Source: an uncultured delta proteobacterium (GTDB lineage: Bacteria; Desulfobacterota; Binatia; JACPRU01). From it: a stretch of DNA of 64,000 nucleotides. This document shows, piece after piece, positions 1 through 11,011 of this stretch. Under the pieces are notes generated by a model. It worked only from the letters and a program-made list of their open reading frames with translations, was not told the DNA's origin and did not search any database. The DNA lies in assembly GCA_963745025.1 (NCBI GenBank), contig CAVUWD010000016.1, positions 1 to 64,000 of the forward strand. Reading direction: 5' to 3'. The stretch's first letter is position 1. Every line of letters starts with the position of its first letter. The position numbers and the translations under genes were made by a program.

Positions 1-1171
1 GTACGAGCGCGGCATGCCGAGGACGTGCTCCCCGACGTACGCCATGATGAGGTTGTTGTTGATCGGCGCGGCGCGATAGAGGCGCGACTCGCGGTACTTG
101 CGCTCGATGTCGTACTCCTCGGCGAAGCCGTAGCCTCCGTGACAGTCCATGCATGCGTTGCCGGCGTCGATGGCGGCCTCGGAGGCTAGGTACTTGGCCA
201 TGTTGGCCTCGGCCCCGCACGGGATCCCGGCGTCGAACATCTTGGCGGCCTTGGTGCGCATGAGGTCGGCGGCCTCGACGGCCATATGCGCCTTGGCGAT
301 GGGAAACTGGACACCCTGGTTGGCGCCGATGGGCTTGCCGAAGATCACGCGCTGGCTGGAGTAGGCAACGGCCTTCTCGATGAACCAGCGCGCATCGCCG
401 AGCGAGTCCGAGGCGACCAGGATGCGCTCGGCGTTCATGCCGTCGAGGATGTAGGAGAAGCCCTTGCCCTCCTGCCCCACGAGACTGTCGGTCGGGTATC
501 TCCATGTTGTCGAAGAACAGCGCGTTGGTCGAGTGGTTCATCATCATCCTGAGCGGCCGGACGTCGAGCCCCTTGCCCTTGAGCGGCCTGATGTCGATGA
601 GAAAGACGGAGAGACCATCCGTTTTCTTCTTCACTTGGGCAACGGGTGTCGTCCTCGCCAGCAGGAGCATCAGGTCGGACTGGAGCACGCGCGAGATGAA
701 CATCTTCTGCCCGTCGACCAGGTAGCTGTCGCCCTTGCGGATCGCCGTGGTCTGGAGCTTCGTCGTGTCCGAACCCGCGTTGGGCTCGGTGACGGCGAAG
801 GCCTGGAGGCGCAGCTCCCCCGTGGCGATCTTCGGCAGGTAGGTCTTCTTCTGCTGCTCCGATCCATGGCGCAGCACGGTGCCCATGATGTACATCTGCG
901 CGTGGCAGGCGGCGGCGTTGCCGCCCGAGCGGTTGATCTCTTCCAGGATCAGCGCTCCCTCTATGATCCCGAGCCCCGCCCCGCCGTACTCCTGCGGTAT
1001 GAGGACCCCCAGGTACCCCGCCTTCGTGAGGTCGTTGACGAGCGCCTCGGGGTACTCGCGCTTGCCGTCGAGGTCGCGCCAGTACTCGGCCGGGTAGTGC
1101 TTGCAGATGTCGTGGACCGCGGCCTTGAGGGCCTGCTGCTCCTCGGTCAAGGCGAAGCTCATGTCCTTCAT
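1..1171 (-). CDS. Acyl-CoA dehydrogenase (one frameshift near 490-495; stop codon just outside window)
   Basis: Manual translation: MKDMSFALTEEQQALK...AFAVTEPNAGSD...DGQKMFIS, then after a 1-nt shift GQEGKGFSYILDGMNAERI...HGGYGFAEEYDIERKYRESRL...GMPRSY. Not in the ORF track. Confidence 0.9.
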   Translation of the reverse strand, partial: MKDMSFALTEEQQALKAAVHDICKHYPAEYWRDLDGKREYPEALVNDLTKAGYLGVLIPQEYGGAGLGIIEGALILEEINRSGGNAAACHAQMYIMGTVLRHGSEQQKKTYLPKIATGELRLQAFAVTEPNAGSDTTKLQTTAIRKGDSYLVDGQKMFISRVLQSDLMLLLARTTPVAQVKKKTDGLSVFLIDIRPLKGKGLDVRPLRMMMNHSTNALFFDNMEIPDRQSRGAGGQGLLLHPRRHERRAHPGRLGLARRCALVHREGRCLLQPARDLRQAHRRQPGCPVSHRQGAYGRRGRRPHAHQGRQDVRRRDPVRGRGQHGQVPSLRGRHRRRQRMHGLSRRLRLRRGVRHRAQVPRVAPLSRRADQQQPHHGVRRGARPRHAALV

Positions 1172-1172
1172 G

Positions 1173-1967
1173 TCATTTCCCCTGGAAGCGCGGCTTGCGC
1201 TTCTCGTTGAAGGCTCTGACGCCCTCCAAGCGGTCTTCGGTCGTCACGGTGACGTTGTAGGCCTCGATGGCCAGCGCCATGCCGGTCTCGAGATCGGTCT
1301 CGCTGCCCCAGTTGATGGCCTTCTTGGCCTGGCGCACCGCGACGGGACCATTCGCGGCGATCGCCGCCGCGACCTCGAGCGCCTTCGCGCGCGCCTGGCC
1401 GGCCGGCACGAGGTGGTTCACGAGGCCGATGGCCTTGGCCTCGGGCGCGGCCACGCGCCGGCCGGTGAAGATCATCTCTTTCGCGAGCGGCCCGCCGATG
1501 ATGCGCGGGAGCAGCTGTGTCCCGCCGATGCCCGGGAAGATGCCGAGTGTCACCTCCGGCACGGCAAAGACGGCCGTCTCCGACGCCACGATGAAGTCGG
1601 AGAGCACGGCGAGCTCGCAGCCACCGCCCATGGCGAAGCCCTCGACCGCCGCGATCACGGGCACGGGGCAGTGGAGCACCCGTGCGGCGCTTGCCTCGAA
1701 GATGACGTGCTGGGCGCGCCAGACCTCGTCGGTCATGCCCTGGCGCTCCTTGAGGTCGCCGCCCACGCAAAAGGCCTTGGTGCCCGAGCCGGTGAGGACG
1801 ACGACGCGCACCGCCTTGTCCCACTGGAAGGACTCGAAGCAGCGCAGCAGGTCCTCGCCCATGGCCGTGTTCATGGCGTTGAGCGCTTCCGGCCGGTTGA
1901 ACTCGACGGTGACGACGTGGCCGTCCGGGCCGGCAGTGACGTTGAGGGTCTTATAGCTGGATGACAT
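1173..1967 (-). CDS. Enoyl-CoA hydratase/isomerase (crotonase family)
   Basis: NRPEALNA, FCVGGDLKE, GFAMGGGCELA and PEVTLGIFPG crotonase motifs; both catalytic Glu present. Confidence 0.93.
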   Translation of the reverse strand: MSSSYKTLNVTAGPDGHVVTVEFNRPEALNAMNTAMGEDLLRCFESFQWDKAVRVVVLTGSGTKAFCVGGDLKERQGMTDEVWRAQHVIFEASAARVLHCPVPVIAAVEGFAMGGGCELAVLSDFIVASETAVFAVPEVTLGIFPGIGGTQLLPRIIGGPLAKEMIFTGRRVAAPEAKAIGLVNHLVPAGQARAKALEVAAAIAANGPVAVRQAKKAINWGSETDLETGMALAIEAYNVTVTTEDRLEGVRAFNEKRKPRFQGK

Positions 1968-3144
1968 GGCGCGAGGCGAGCTCCTTGATGGTGGCCTGGT
2001 CGTATCCCAGCTCCGCGAGAACTTCAGCCGTGTGCTCTCCGAGGAGCGGCGGCACTCGCGAAACCGGGGGGCGGACGCCGTCCCAGCGGATGGGAAGGCC
2101 CACTGCGCGATAGTCGGGCAGGCGTGGGTGCTTGGCCGAGATCAGCATGCCGCTGGCGCCGGTCTGAGGCTCGCCGGCCACCTTGTCGAGAGTGAGGATG
2201 GGCGCGCACGGCACGCCCACCTTCTGGAGGCGATCCAGGACATCTGCGCTCGAAAGCGTTCGCGTGACGGCCGAGAGTGCGTCGAAGAGCTCCGCGCGAT
2301 GGGCGACGCGCGCCGGATTGTCCTTGAAGCGCTGGTCGCCGACGAGGCTTTCGGTGCCCAGCGCTTCGCACGCCTTCGCGAAGAGCGCATCCGACGCGGC
2401 GGCGATCATGACCCAGCCATCGCGGGTGGGGAAGGCCTCGTACGGGCTGACCATCGCGGTGCCCGAGCCTTGGGGCTTCGGCACTTCGCCCGTTCCGAAG
2501 TACTGATTCAGCTGGAGGACGCTCCAGGCCAGCGCCGTCTCGTACAGCGCCGTCGTCACGTTCGCGCCGCGTCCGGTGCGGTCGCGCTCACGCAGGGCCC
2601 CCAGGATGGCGATGGCCGCCCACATGCCGGTGCCCATGTCCACGATGGAAACGGGCACGCGCGCGGGCGGCTGCCCCGGGTGCCCGTTGATGGAGATGAT
2701 CCCACCCAGCGCCTGCATGAGCGGATCGTAGCCCGGGCGATCGCTGAGCGGTCCTTCGCTGCCGAAAGCCGTGACCGAACAGTAGACGAGCCTCGGATTG
2801 ATCGCACTCGCGCGCTCCCAGCCGAGCCCCAGCTCCTCGACCGCGCCCGCTCGCAGGGACTGGACCAGGACGTCGGCGCGGGCGATGAGCCGCTCTATGA
2901 CGGCGCGCCCCTCGGCCTGCTTCATGTCCACGGCGAGGCTCCGCTTGTTGCGGTTGATGCTCATGAAGGTGGCGCTCTCCTCGCCCCAGTAGGGCGGCGC
3001 CCAGGCGCGCGCGTCGTCGCCGCGCCCAGGGCGCTCCACCTTGACCACCTCGGCCCCCATGTCGCCCAGGATCTGGGTGCAGAGGGGGCCGGCGACGTTC
3101 TGGGTCAGGTCGGCGACGAGAAGTCCGGTCAGCGGGGCATCCAT
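1951..3144 (-). CDS. Family III CoA-transferase (CaiB/BaiF)
   Basis: AGPLCTQILGDMGAEVVKVE, NRNKRS, PGYDPLMQA and PPLLGEHT motifs. Start placed at ATG 3144 (MDAPLTG); the ORF-track extension to 3369 is spurious. Confidence 0.93.
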   Translation of the reverse strand: MDAPLTGLLVADLTQNVAGPLCTQILGDMGAEVVKVERPGRGDDARAWAPPYWGEESATFMSINRNKRSLAVDMKQAEGRAVIERLIARADVLVQSLRAGAVEELGLGWERASAINPRLVYCSVTAFGSEGPLSDRPGYDPLMQALGGIISINGHPGQPPARVPVSIVDMGTGMWAAIAILGALRERDRTGRGANVTTALYETALAWSVLQLNQYFGTGEVPKPQGSGTAMVSPYEAFPTRDGWVMIAAASDALFAKACEALGTESLVGDQRFKDNPARVAHRAELFDALSAVTRTLSSADVLDRLQKVGVPCAPILTLDKVAGEPQTGASGMLISAKHPRLPDYRAVGLPIRWDGVRPPVSRVPPLLGEHTAEVLAELGYDQATIKELASRHVIQL

Positions 3145-3181
3145 GGAAGCCCGATCATAGCCCGGGGACGGCGCGGCCGCA

Positions 3182-3368
3182 GGAGGTAAAGCATAAGGGG
3201 CTACGCCTTCTCCAAAGGCATCGCTTGGAGAAAGAGGTTCTCCTTCGGAGAACAGCCGGCGCGAGGCGGATCTGGTAGAGCGGCCTTCATGAAACAGCGC
3301 GATGATTTCTCTTCCTATCACGATGACCTGCTCGATGGCTGCCACGACTGCGTCGATCGCATCGTGCA
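3182..3368 (+). mobile_element. Truncated putative transposase N-terminus with hairpin-rich upstream end
   Basis: MKQRDDFSSYHDDLLDGCHDCVDRIV (3289-3366) resembles the D(Y/C)DCVDRIV N-terminus of a widespread IS-like protein family (recalled, not searched). Upstream hairpins TTCTCCAA...TTGGAGAA and GTTCTCC-TTC-GGAGAAC. Confidence 0.45.
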
Positions 3369-3369
3369 C

Positions 3370-6300
3370 CTAAGGCCTGAATTGCAGCGCCCTGGGCACG
3401 AGCCGAGCCGGCTGCGAGACCACCTTGTATGCGCTCTCCACCCACTCGCAGACCATCCGCCGAGTGTCCCTCGGGTCGATCATCTCCTCGATCTGGAACT
3501 GGACAGCGGCCCGACCGGTCCCCGGGCGCTCTCGATGCGCGCCATGAGCTCGGCCCGCAGCGCCGCCGGGTCCTCGGCCTCCGCGAGCTGCCGCTTGTAC
3601 GCGGCCTCGATGCCGCCCTCGGGCGGGATGCCGCCCACGTCCGCGGCCGGCCACGCCACGCGCACCGAAGGCCGCTCCTGCGGCGTGGCGAAGTTGTTGC
3701 CGGCCACGCCGAAGCTACGGCGCATGAGCACGGTGAAGATGGGCACGCTCACCTGCGCGAATGCGATCATCCACTCGCCGCCCCGGCGGATCGTCCCGGC
3801 GAGCTCGTGCTCGAGGCCCACGGCGAAGCCGGGGTTGTCGACGAGGTTCAGGATCGGCACGTGGAACAGGTCGCACAGATCCAGATGGCGCGTGAGCTTG
3901 CTGCAGCCGTCCGCCGTCAGTGCGCCGCCGTTGACGTGTCGACTGTCCGAGGCGATGACGCCGAGCGGGTGGCCGTTGAATCGCACGAAGCCGGTGATCT
4001 GATCGGTGCCCCACAGCGGCCCGATCTCGAAGAACGAGTCGGTGTCCGCCATCAGCCGGATGGCCCTGCGCATGTCGAACGTGGTCGTGCGCTTTCGCGG
4101 GATGAGCGTGAACAGTTCCTCCTCGCGACGGTCCGGCGGGTCGCTCGGGTTGGGCGGCAGAACCGGGGGCGGCTCGTAGACGCTGGACGGCAGATACGAG
4201 AGGAAGCGCCTGGTCATCTGCGACCGCTTCCTCCTCCGTCTCGGCCAGATTGTCGACCGAGCCGTTGCGGCAGTGGATGTGCCAGCCGCCGAGATCCTCC
4301 TTGGTGATGTCGTACCCCATCGCGTGCTGCACGACGGGCGGGCCGGCCACGAAGAGCTGCGCGATGTCGCGCACCATCACCGAGAAGTGGCCGAGCACGG
4401 CCTTGGCGGCGCCGATGCCGACCACGCTGCCGAGCAGCAGGTTGACGACCGGCACGGTGGCGAGCTGCTCCGCGTACAGGGAGCTGCCCAGGTGCCCGGG
4501 CAGGAACGATCCGCCGCGAGCCCGCGACGCGCGGCCTGCCCGGCCTCGATGGCTCCCGTGCTCTCCTTCGCGCTGCTCTCGCCTTCCTTCTTCTGCTGCG
4601 GCACCATCGCCGCCACGCTGCCGCCGCCCGACGAGCCGTCCAGCATCCGCACGGAGGGCGCGCGCAGCTCGATCGAGAGGCGGTCCAGGTAGGCGCTCTT
4701 CACGCCGATCGCGCCGTCCGCGTGTCCGCCGCGCGACGTGAAGTCGTCGGCGCACACGACGGCCGTGCGGCCGTCGATCTTGCCCCAGCCGCCGACGTGG
4801 TTGGCCGGGCGTGAAGGCCGTGACGCCGCCCTCTCTCGTCGTAGGAGGCGAAGCCGGCGACGCTGCCCACCTCGCGGAACGAGCCCGTCGTCCAGCAGCA
4901 GGGCGATGCGCTCCCGGCAGGTGAGCTTGCCGCGATTGCGCTGGCGGACCACGCCGGGGTCGGTCGAGCCCGGCGCCAGCCTCGCGAGTGCAAAGCGTTG
5001 CAGGGTGCGCGACCTCGTCCAGAACGCGGCCCCCAGCTTTCCTCGTCGCCTTGGATCGTGAGGGTGCGTCGCGCTCGGCGTCGCCGTCCGCCGGCGCGAT
5101 CACCGCCACGACTTGTCCGGCCGCGACCGTGTCACCGGCGCTCAAGCGGCTGCACGGCGGTCACCATGCCCGAGCACGGTGCCGCGACGAAGAGTCTCCA
5201 TCTTCATCGCACTGATGATCAGCACCGTGTCACCGGCGGCCACCGTGTCGCCCTCGCGCACGCGAAGCTCGACGACGGCGCCCCCCATGGGGCACTCCAC
5301 GCCTCGTTCGCCGGTTCCCACCTCGAGGCCCAGTACGGGAGACCCGCGCACGGCGCTCGACGAAACCGCCTGGCCGGCTCGGTCCGCGCGGAGGGTCGTG
5401 GCTTGCCTTCGTAGCAGGTCCAACGCACCGCCGTTTGCGCTGGCGGCAGAGGCGGCTGCGCGGAGGATCTCGGGTGCTTCCTCCAGCAGCGTCGTCCGCG
5501 CGTCGCCGGCCCGAACGTCCGGGTGCAAGAGGATGGCGCGCAGCTGCCGGCAGGTTCGTGGGCAGTCCAGCGATGTGGAACTCGTCGAGCGCACGGAGCG
5601 TGCGATCGACGGCGGAGGCGAAGGACGAGGCGGAGCTGGACGAGCCGATGACCTTCGCGAGCAGCGGGTCGAACTGCGGCGGCGGCGCGTAGCCCAGGTA
5701 GCCGCAGGCGTCGACCCGCACGCCGGGCCCCGAGGGCTCCTTGTAGGCGCTGATCGTGCCCGCGCCCCGGGCGACGACGCGGGCCTGCGACCGCAAAGCC
5801 GCGAGGCGCGCCGACGGCGCGCTGATCGCGAAGGCCGAGCTCGGCGAGCGACGCGCCAGCGGCGATGCGGAACTGCGCCTCGACGAGGTCGACGCCCGTC
5901 ACCTGCTCGGTGACGGTGTGCTCCACCTGGATGCGCGGGTTGCACTCGATGAAGAAGTGCTCGCCGGTCTCGGGAGAGACGAGGAACTCGACGGTCCCGG
6001 CGTTGACGTAGTCCGCGGCGCTCGCCAGCTTGATCGCGTCCGCGAGGATCTGCTTTCGCAGCGCTTCGTCGAGCCCCGGCGCCGGCGCCACCTCGACGAC
6101 CTTCTGGTGGCGGAGCTGCACCGAGCAGTCGCGCTCGTGGAGGTGGACCACGTTGCCGTGCGCGTCGGCGAGGATCTGCACCTCGATGTGTCGCGGCCGA
6201 GCGATGAGCCGCTCGACGAACACCGAGCCGTCGCCGAAGGCCGCCTGCGCCTCGCTCTGGCAGCGGGCGAAGGCCTCGGCCATCGCCGCCGCATTCTGCA

Positions 6301-6832
6301 CGGCGCGCATGCCGCGCCCGCCGCCGCCTGCCGACGCCTTGAGCATGACGGGGTAGCCGAGCTCGCGCGCCAACTCCAACGCTTCGCTCGGGGACTTCAG
6401 GGGCTCACCGCTTCCGGGCACGACGGGGATGCCGAGCGACCGTGCGAGCGCGCGTGCGCGGATCTTGTCGCCGAACAGGGCGAGCACCGCAGGCGGCGGA
6501 CCGATGAAAACGAGACCCTCGGCCGCGCACAGCTCGGCGAATGCAGCGTTCTCGGCCAGGAATCCGTAGCCCGGGTGGACGCAATCGCAACCGCTCGCTT
6601 TCGCGATCCGGATGAGTGCCCCGGCGTCGAGGTACGCTCCCACGGAGTCTCGGGCGCGGCCTCCTTGCCCTGCGATCTCACGCGCTTCGGTGGTGAACCG
6701 GGTGTGCAGCGAGAGCGCATCGACCGGCGCGTACACGCCTACGGATTCCACACCGAGCGCGGAGGCAGCCTTGGCAATGCGTATGGCGATCTCGCCGCGG
6801 TTACTTATCAAGACGCGTTTCAGCAATGCCAA
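3370..6832 (-). pseudogene. Single-chain acyl-CoA carboxylase (biotin carboxylase - BCCP - carboxyltransferase), broken by many frameshifts (pseudogene or sequencing indels)
   Basis: BC: NRGEIAIRI, HPGYGFLAEN, GGGGRGMR, ERDCSVQ, NPRIQVEH. BCCP: SAMKMET (~5200). CT: DDFTSRGG, AGPPVV, VDNPGFAVG, EEMIDPRDTR. These are spread across at least six ORF-track fragments in different frames. Confidence 0.88.
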
Positions 6833-7346
6833 TTTTCCCGCCGACGGACACTGAATGAACGAGGGTTAGTTGTCCAGCCAGCTCGGCCCTGATGCGGCCG
6901 ATGGCCGCCTCGGGCGGCCCGTTCGCCGATCACGCGCCGAACTGACCGTTCTTGCGCATCGGCCCGGGGAGAGCCGGGGATTTTCTCGGTGCGGGGCGTA
7001 TGCCGGCGTCATGCATCGCTTTGTTGCGCCTCGCCGAGTGCTCGAGGGAGAACGAACCGTTCGACTCGCCTGGCAATGCTTCTCGAAATGAGCGCATTCC
7101 CAGTTCAGGCGTGCATATACGTGCACGCCGACAGATTCCGGAATCCTATCCGTGTTGGCGTGGCGTCGAAGGCTCTCGACCCCCGCCACCACGCGGGTTC
7201 GGGTTCTCGCTGGATGTCGCCATGCACGGTTCGAGCAATCTCATCTCGTCGCCGCAGTGGATGCCGCTCTATGCGGTGCGGGTGGGCTCGTCGTGCCAAT
7301 GACCGTCCTGATCTCGCCCGGCCTGCGCTCCCCAGTCGCCCGTGGT

Positions 7347-7889
7347 CTAAGGTTGCGGCGGGGTTTGCTCGGAGGGGCCGTGCGCGAGTCGCTCGCGGAC
7401 ATGTTGCACGAGCTCTTCCTCGAGGGCACCGTTCGAGTCGAGCGCTACGGGCATCGGCGCGCCCGCGCCGCCCCGTCGGCGGAAGACGGCGGTGATCTTT
7501 CCGACTACGTCGATGCCCGTCTTCCCGTGCTCGGACGAGCCGATCCGCGCGGTGAGCGTCACGTAGTACTCGGACATCCCTCGCACGTCGATCCCCACGC
7601 GCGGCTCGGCACGGGAGATCTGCTTCAGCTCCTTGGCCGCATCGTCCTCCTTCATTCTCCCCACGAGACGCGTGCGTCGACCGGAGACGGAACCCTGGGC
7701 GCGACGTTCTTCCGAAACCTTGTAGCCCGTGTCGCGCAGCGACGCGATGGTAGCATCCCAGACCGCGTCGACCGACGCGTCGAGAATCGTGCGCGCATGT
7801 GGCGGCGGCGCCGCTGGAAGCGACGAAGACGTCGCGACGAGGAAGAGCGCCAGGCCAACGTAGAGCGACAGCAGCCTACAGGGGTTCAT
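7347..7889 (-). CDS. Secreted hypothetical protein (DUF3568/BamC-like)
   Basis: Hydrophobic signal peptide; ASVDAVWDATIASLRDTGYKV and SNGALEEELVQHV patterns seen in small envelope proteins. Confidence 0.6.
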   Translation of the reverse strand: MNPCRLLSLYVGLALFLVATSSSLPAAPPPHARTILDASVDAVWDATIASLRDTGYKVSEERRAQGSVSGRRTRLVGRMKEDDAAKELKQISRAEPRVGIDVRGMSEYYVTLTARIGSSEHGKTGIDVVGKITAVFRRRGGAGAPMPVALDSNGALEEELVQHVRERLAHGPSEQTPPQP

Positions 7890-8049
7890 GGTTGAATCTT
7901 GGCTCTCCGATCAGCATCCGGGGGGGCGACCCACGGAACAATGCTACCGAACTGCACCTAGGTGCAAGCGCCGCGTACATGTTCGACAGCGCTTGCACGC
8001 TCGCCCCGTGTGGCCTCGGGGCGCCGGGCTGCCTGACAAGTGATGCTAT

Positions 8050-8390
8050 TTCCTTCACAGAATTTCGGCACCAGAAAACGGTTGTGCTGGCGGAGCGGGT
8101 GGAAGCTTTGGTACCGCCGACCTCTCGGACAGTTGCTTGTCGCAAGCGATGGAAATCCGCTTCTCCTCTACCTTACCCATCGGAAGGGGTGGCTGGTGTC
8201 GCCGTTTCAGATGAACGAAGCATTTCTGGAGGGACTACGGCTACGAGGTGCAGAATTCGTGGTGGGTAGTTCAGAAGTGGTCGCGAAGGCCCAGGTCCTG
8301 CTTCGCATTCCTCTGTCGGCGCCCCGAAAGGTCCTCGTAAACCAGCCGGGCGCACTCGTTGTCGAGGTCCTGCCGGCGGTTTCAGGCTGA
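8050..8390 (+). pseudogene. Possible C-terminal remnant of an ArnT/GT39-like protein
   Basis: DGNPLLLYLTHRKGW resembles the periplasmic C-terminal motif of ArnT-like proteins; frameshifted, with no membrane N-terminal part. Confidence 0.3.
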
Positions 8391-9261
8391 GCGACGGACA
8401 CTCCTATCGCGCACCGCTGCTACCGCTCGGACTAAGTGGCGATCCACTCGCGGGCGGCCGCCGCTCGCGACACTGCGCCATCAGCTCTCGATGCTCGACT
8501 CGATGAACTCGATCGACGGCTTCGTTGAGATGCTTAGCTCTTCGTCGCCGTGCTCGGGGCATCGAGCTTCAGCTGGCCGACGAGCTCGCCTCGCCGGTGG
8601 ACCTCGTCGTGAGCACCGGGAATGCGATGTGGACGGAAGGCGTATGCTGCGCGCGCATCGGTAGACTGGCGGCAGTGTCAAGAGGATCTCGCTCGCGGGA
8701 GGAGCCGTGACAGTGCCGGCCGGACCCCGGAGTTGTCGCGGCGGTCGGGGCGAACGTCTATTGGGTGGAGGATGGGCCATCGGCGCGGGCGAGGGCTTCG
8801 GGCAGATCGCGAGAATCCGATCGACGGGGGGGCTGTGGGCGTTGTGGTGGGCGGATCGGCGGCGGTCTAGCTCCCATTGCCGCTGACGACACGAACCTCT
8901 GACGTCGCCGATCAACTCACGATCAATAAGGTGCCGCTTCAGGGGGTCCAGCAGCGACTCGACGTCCCGTACCCCTACCTCCGTTCGCCGCTCTTGATCC
9001 GCTCATTCATGGCCGGTTTTGGGTGTCGATCGAGGCAAGATTTCCACGCCGCCGCGGCAACCGCTGGGCGTGCAAAGTGCAGGTCGGCGACCTCGCGAAT
9101 CCGGGTGCGGCGTCTGCCGATCGCGGCGCTGGCGGGCGAGCGCGTTCACGCTTCGAAGGCGAAGGAGCTCCCGGCTGGCCGGGTGGCGGCATTGCGTCGA
9201 CGGTCGCGAACTCGGGAGCTCGCAACGGAGGAACGCGATCAGATCGCGCCGAGGAGGCTGG

Positions 9262-10267
9262 CTAAGGTGAGCAGGCAGCGCGGATTTGTTCGTCGGAGAT
9301 GCCGGCGTTCTTCATCGAGAGGATGTAGCCCGGGGAGCACGCCGCCGTCTTCTCGGGCGCGGGCGGGGCTTTCGCCGCCTCAGTTCGGGCGGCAGGCCCT
9401 GCGGGCGCGGAGCCACGGGCGCGGCGGTGAAGGACGAGCACCGGCGGGTAAGCGGCGTGTTGTTCTCCGTATCGTCTTCTCGCGGGAAATAGTCTCCCCC
9501 GGCTGTCAACCATGCCGGCGCGCACGGATCTTTCATGATGACCGCCTTACCGCTCGCCGTCGGGGCGGCCCGTGCACCGCCTGTCACACGGAACCATACT
9601 CCTGCGTCTCGATGATAGCGTCCGCTCCCGCGTCGCGTGCCGCCTCGGCTAGGAGGTCCCTTGCCTGATTCGCCGTCCCGTAGAAACTCTTCCCAGCGGT
9701 TACTTGCTTGACGAAGATGAACTGGTCCGCTGGGACCGTATTCGGGCTAACCAGAACCTTCCGCACGTGCGGTTTGGCTTCCGGCACCGCACCGGCTTGC
9801 GGTGCCGAACTTCGAACGTATGAAGGCTTCGGCCAGATCGCGGCCGACCGCGCGCACGCACAGGACCAACCGCGTGTCGTCGCCCCGTAGCTGCTTCGAA
9901 CTTCTTCGGCTGAGGCCGTCTAAAAAGCACGACGCTATTCTGCGCATCCATCATGTGGGCGTGCGCAGCGAACGTCGCGGGCAATCCTTCCTTCGCCTCT
10001 ACGACGTCGCCTTCGATCAGATAGCGTGCTCCTGCGGGGCTCTCCGCGAGGCGGGTGATCAGTGCCGCGGATTGCCCTTGCTACCTGAAGCCATTGGACG
10101 ATCCAGGTTGCCACTTGCTCGCCAAGCTTTGCTGTTGTTCCATTAAGGTCGGAGAACTCCCGCACGGCGACCGTGTCGGCAGTGATGGTTGTCTGCTGCA
10201 GATGGGGCCTAGTCGAAGCACAGGCTGCGCAGAGTAGGGCCGCGCTCAGGAGGAGACTTGCCTTCAA
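9262..10267 (-). pseudogene. Frameshifted multi-domain lipoprotein (includes a YbjQ-like segment)
   Basis: Lipobox LLSAALLCAAC; VAVREFSD; later ARDLLAEAARDAGADAII...ASGKAV (YbjQ-like); C-terminal ILSMKNAGISDEQIRAAC. Pieces lie in four ORF-track fragments. Confidence 0.5.
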
Positions 10268-10631
10268 GCCGGACACTTCGAACACGCGCTGCACCGCACG
10301 AAGATCACTTGGCTCTGACCTTCCGCAATCTGCGTCGTTTGCTGAAACGCTCCACCGAAGGAACAAACGCCGCCGGTGGCATTCGCGACGACGTTGTACG
10401 CGGCCGGCACGCTGAGCGGGATGCTCTGGCATGGTCTCGCGCTGACGAGGAAGAGCGGCTCGGATTCTCCTTGCTAGGTAACGCTCCAGTTTAGGCCGCA
10501 GGCGCCGAATACCGACGTGTTGCCCTGATTCTCGACGATGAGGGTTCCACTGCTGGTCCGTCACCGCCGCCTCCACCACCGCAGCCGAGAATCGCGATCA
10601 GCCCGAGTAGCGCAACAGAAGACCCTCGCAT
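10264..10631 (-). pseudogene. Degraded small Cys-containing lipoprotein
   Basis: MRGSSVALLGLIAILGCGGGGGG lipobox, then a frameshift and an internal TAG; ends VIFVRCSACSKCPA*. Confidence 0.45.
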
Positions 10632-10703
10632 TGCTCACCACCTATCGGTGAATGATCCTGAGCCGCCCTCGCCTCTTGCCGTCCCCGATGCCACGTCCAC
10701 GAA

Positions 10704-10903
10704 TCACCCGCCATCCTTTCCCGATCGCTTTTTCGTCACACGCGTGCGCGTGAGTTCTTCGAGCCCGCGCTTTGTCGTCACTTCGACGAAGTGAATAGGC
10801 AAGCGCAATTTCTCCGCGTCCATGCGCGCGAGTTCACGCAGGAAATCCGGCGTCAGAGTAACCAGTAACACAAGAAGGAGCGTCCGCAACAGAAAAGCTC
10901 CAT
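10704..10903 (-). CDS. Small hypothetical protein
   Basis: Short ORF with a hydrophobic N-terminus, in the same orientation as its neighbours. Confidence 0.3.
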
Positions 10904-11011
10904 GGGGCCGGGAAATTTATTTTGGGATGCCGAACTGGAGAAGTTAGACTAGAGGGCAAGACGTCAACGCGACGCTCAAATCGAGCCCGGCTGAGCGCGT
11001 CAGGCGGGCGG

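Noticed and set aside
3370-6832. Programmed frameshifting or separate subunit genes
   Set aside because: Breaks are numerous, fall mid-domain and lack slippery sites or internal RBSs; indel errors or decay are simpler explanations.
8540-8615. MntA-type nucleotidyltransferase antitoxin remnant (LADELASPVDLVV)
   Set aside because: Too short; no GSxARG/DxD motif or HEPN partner.
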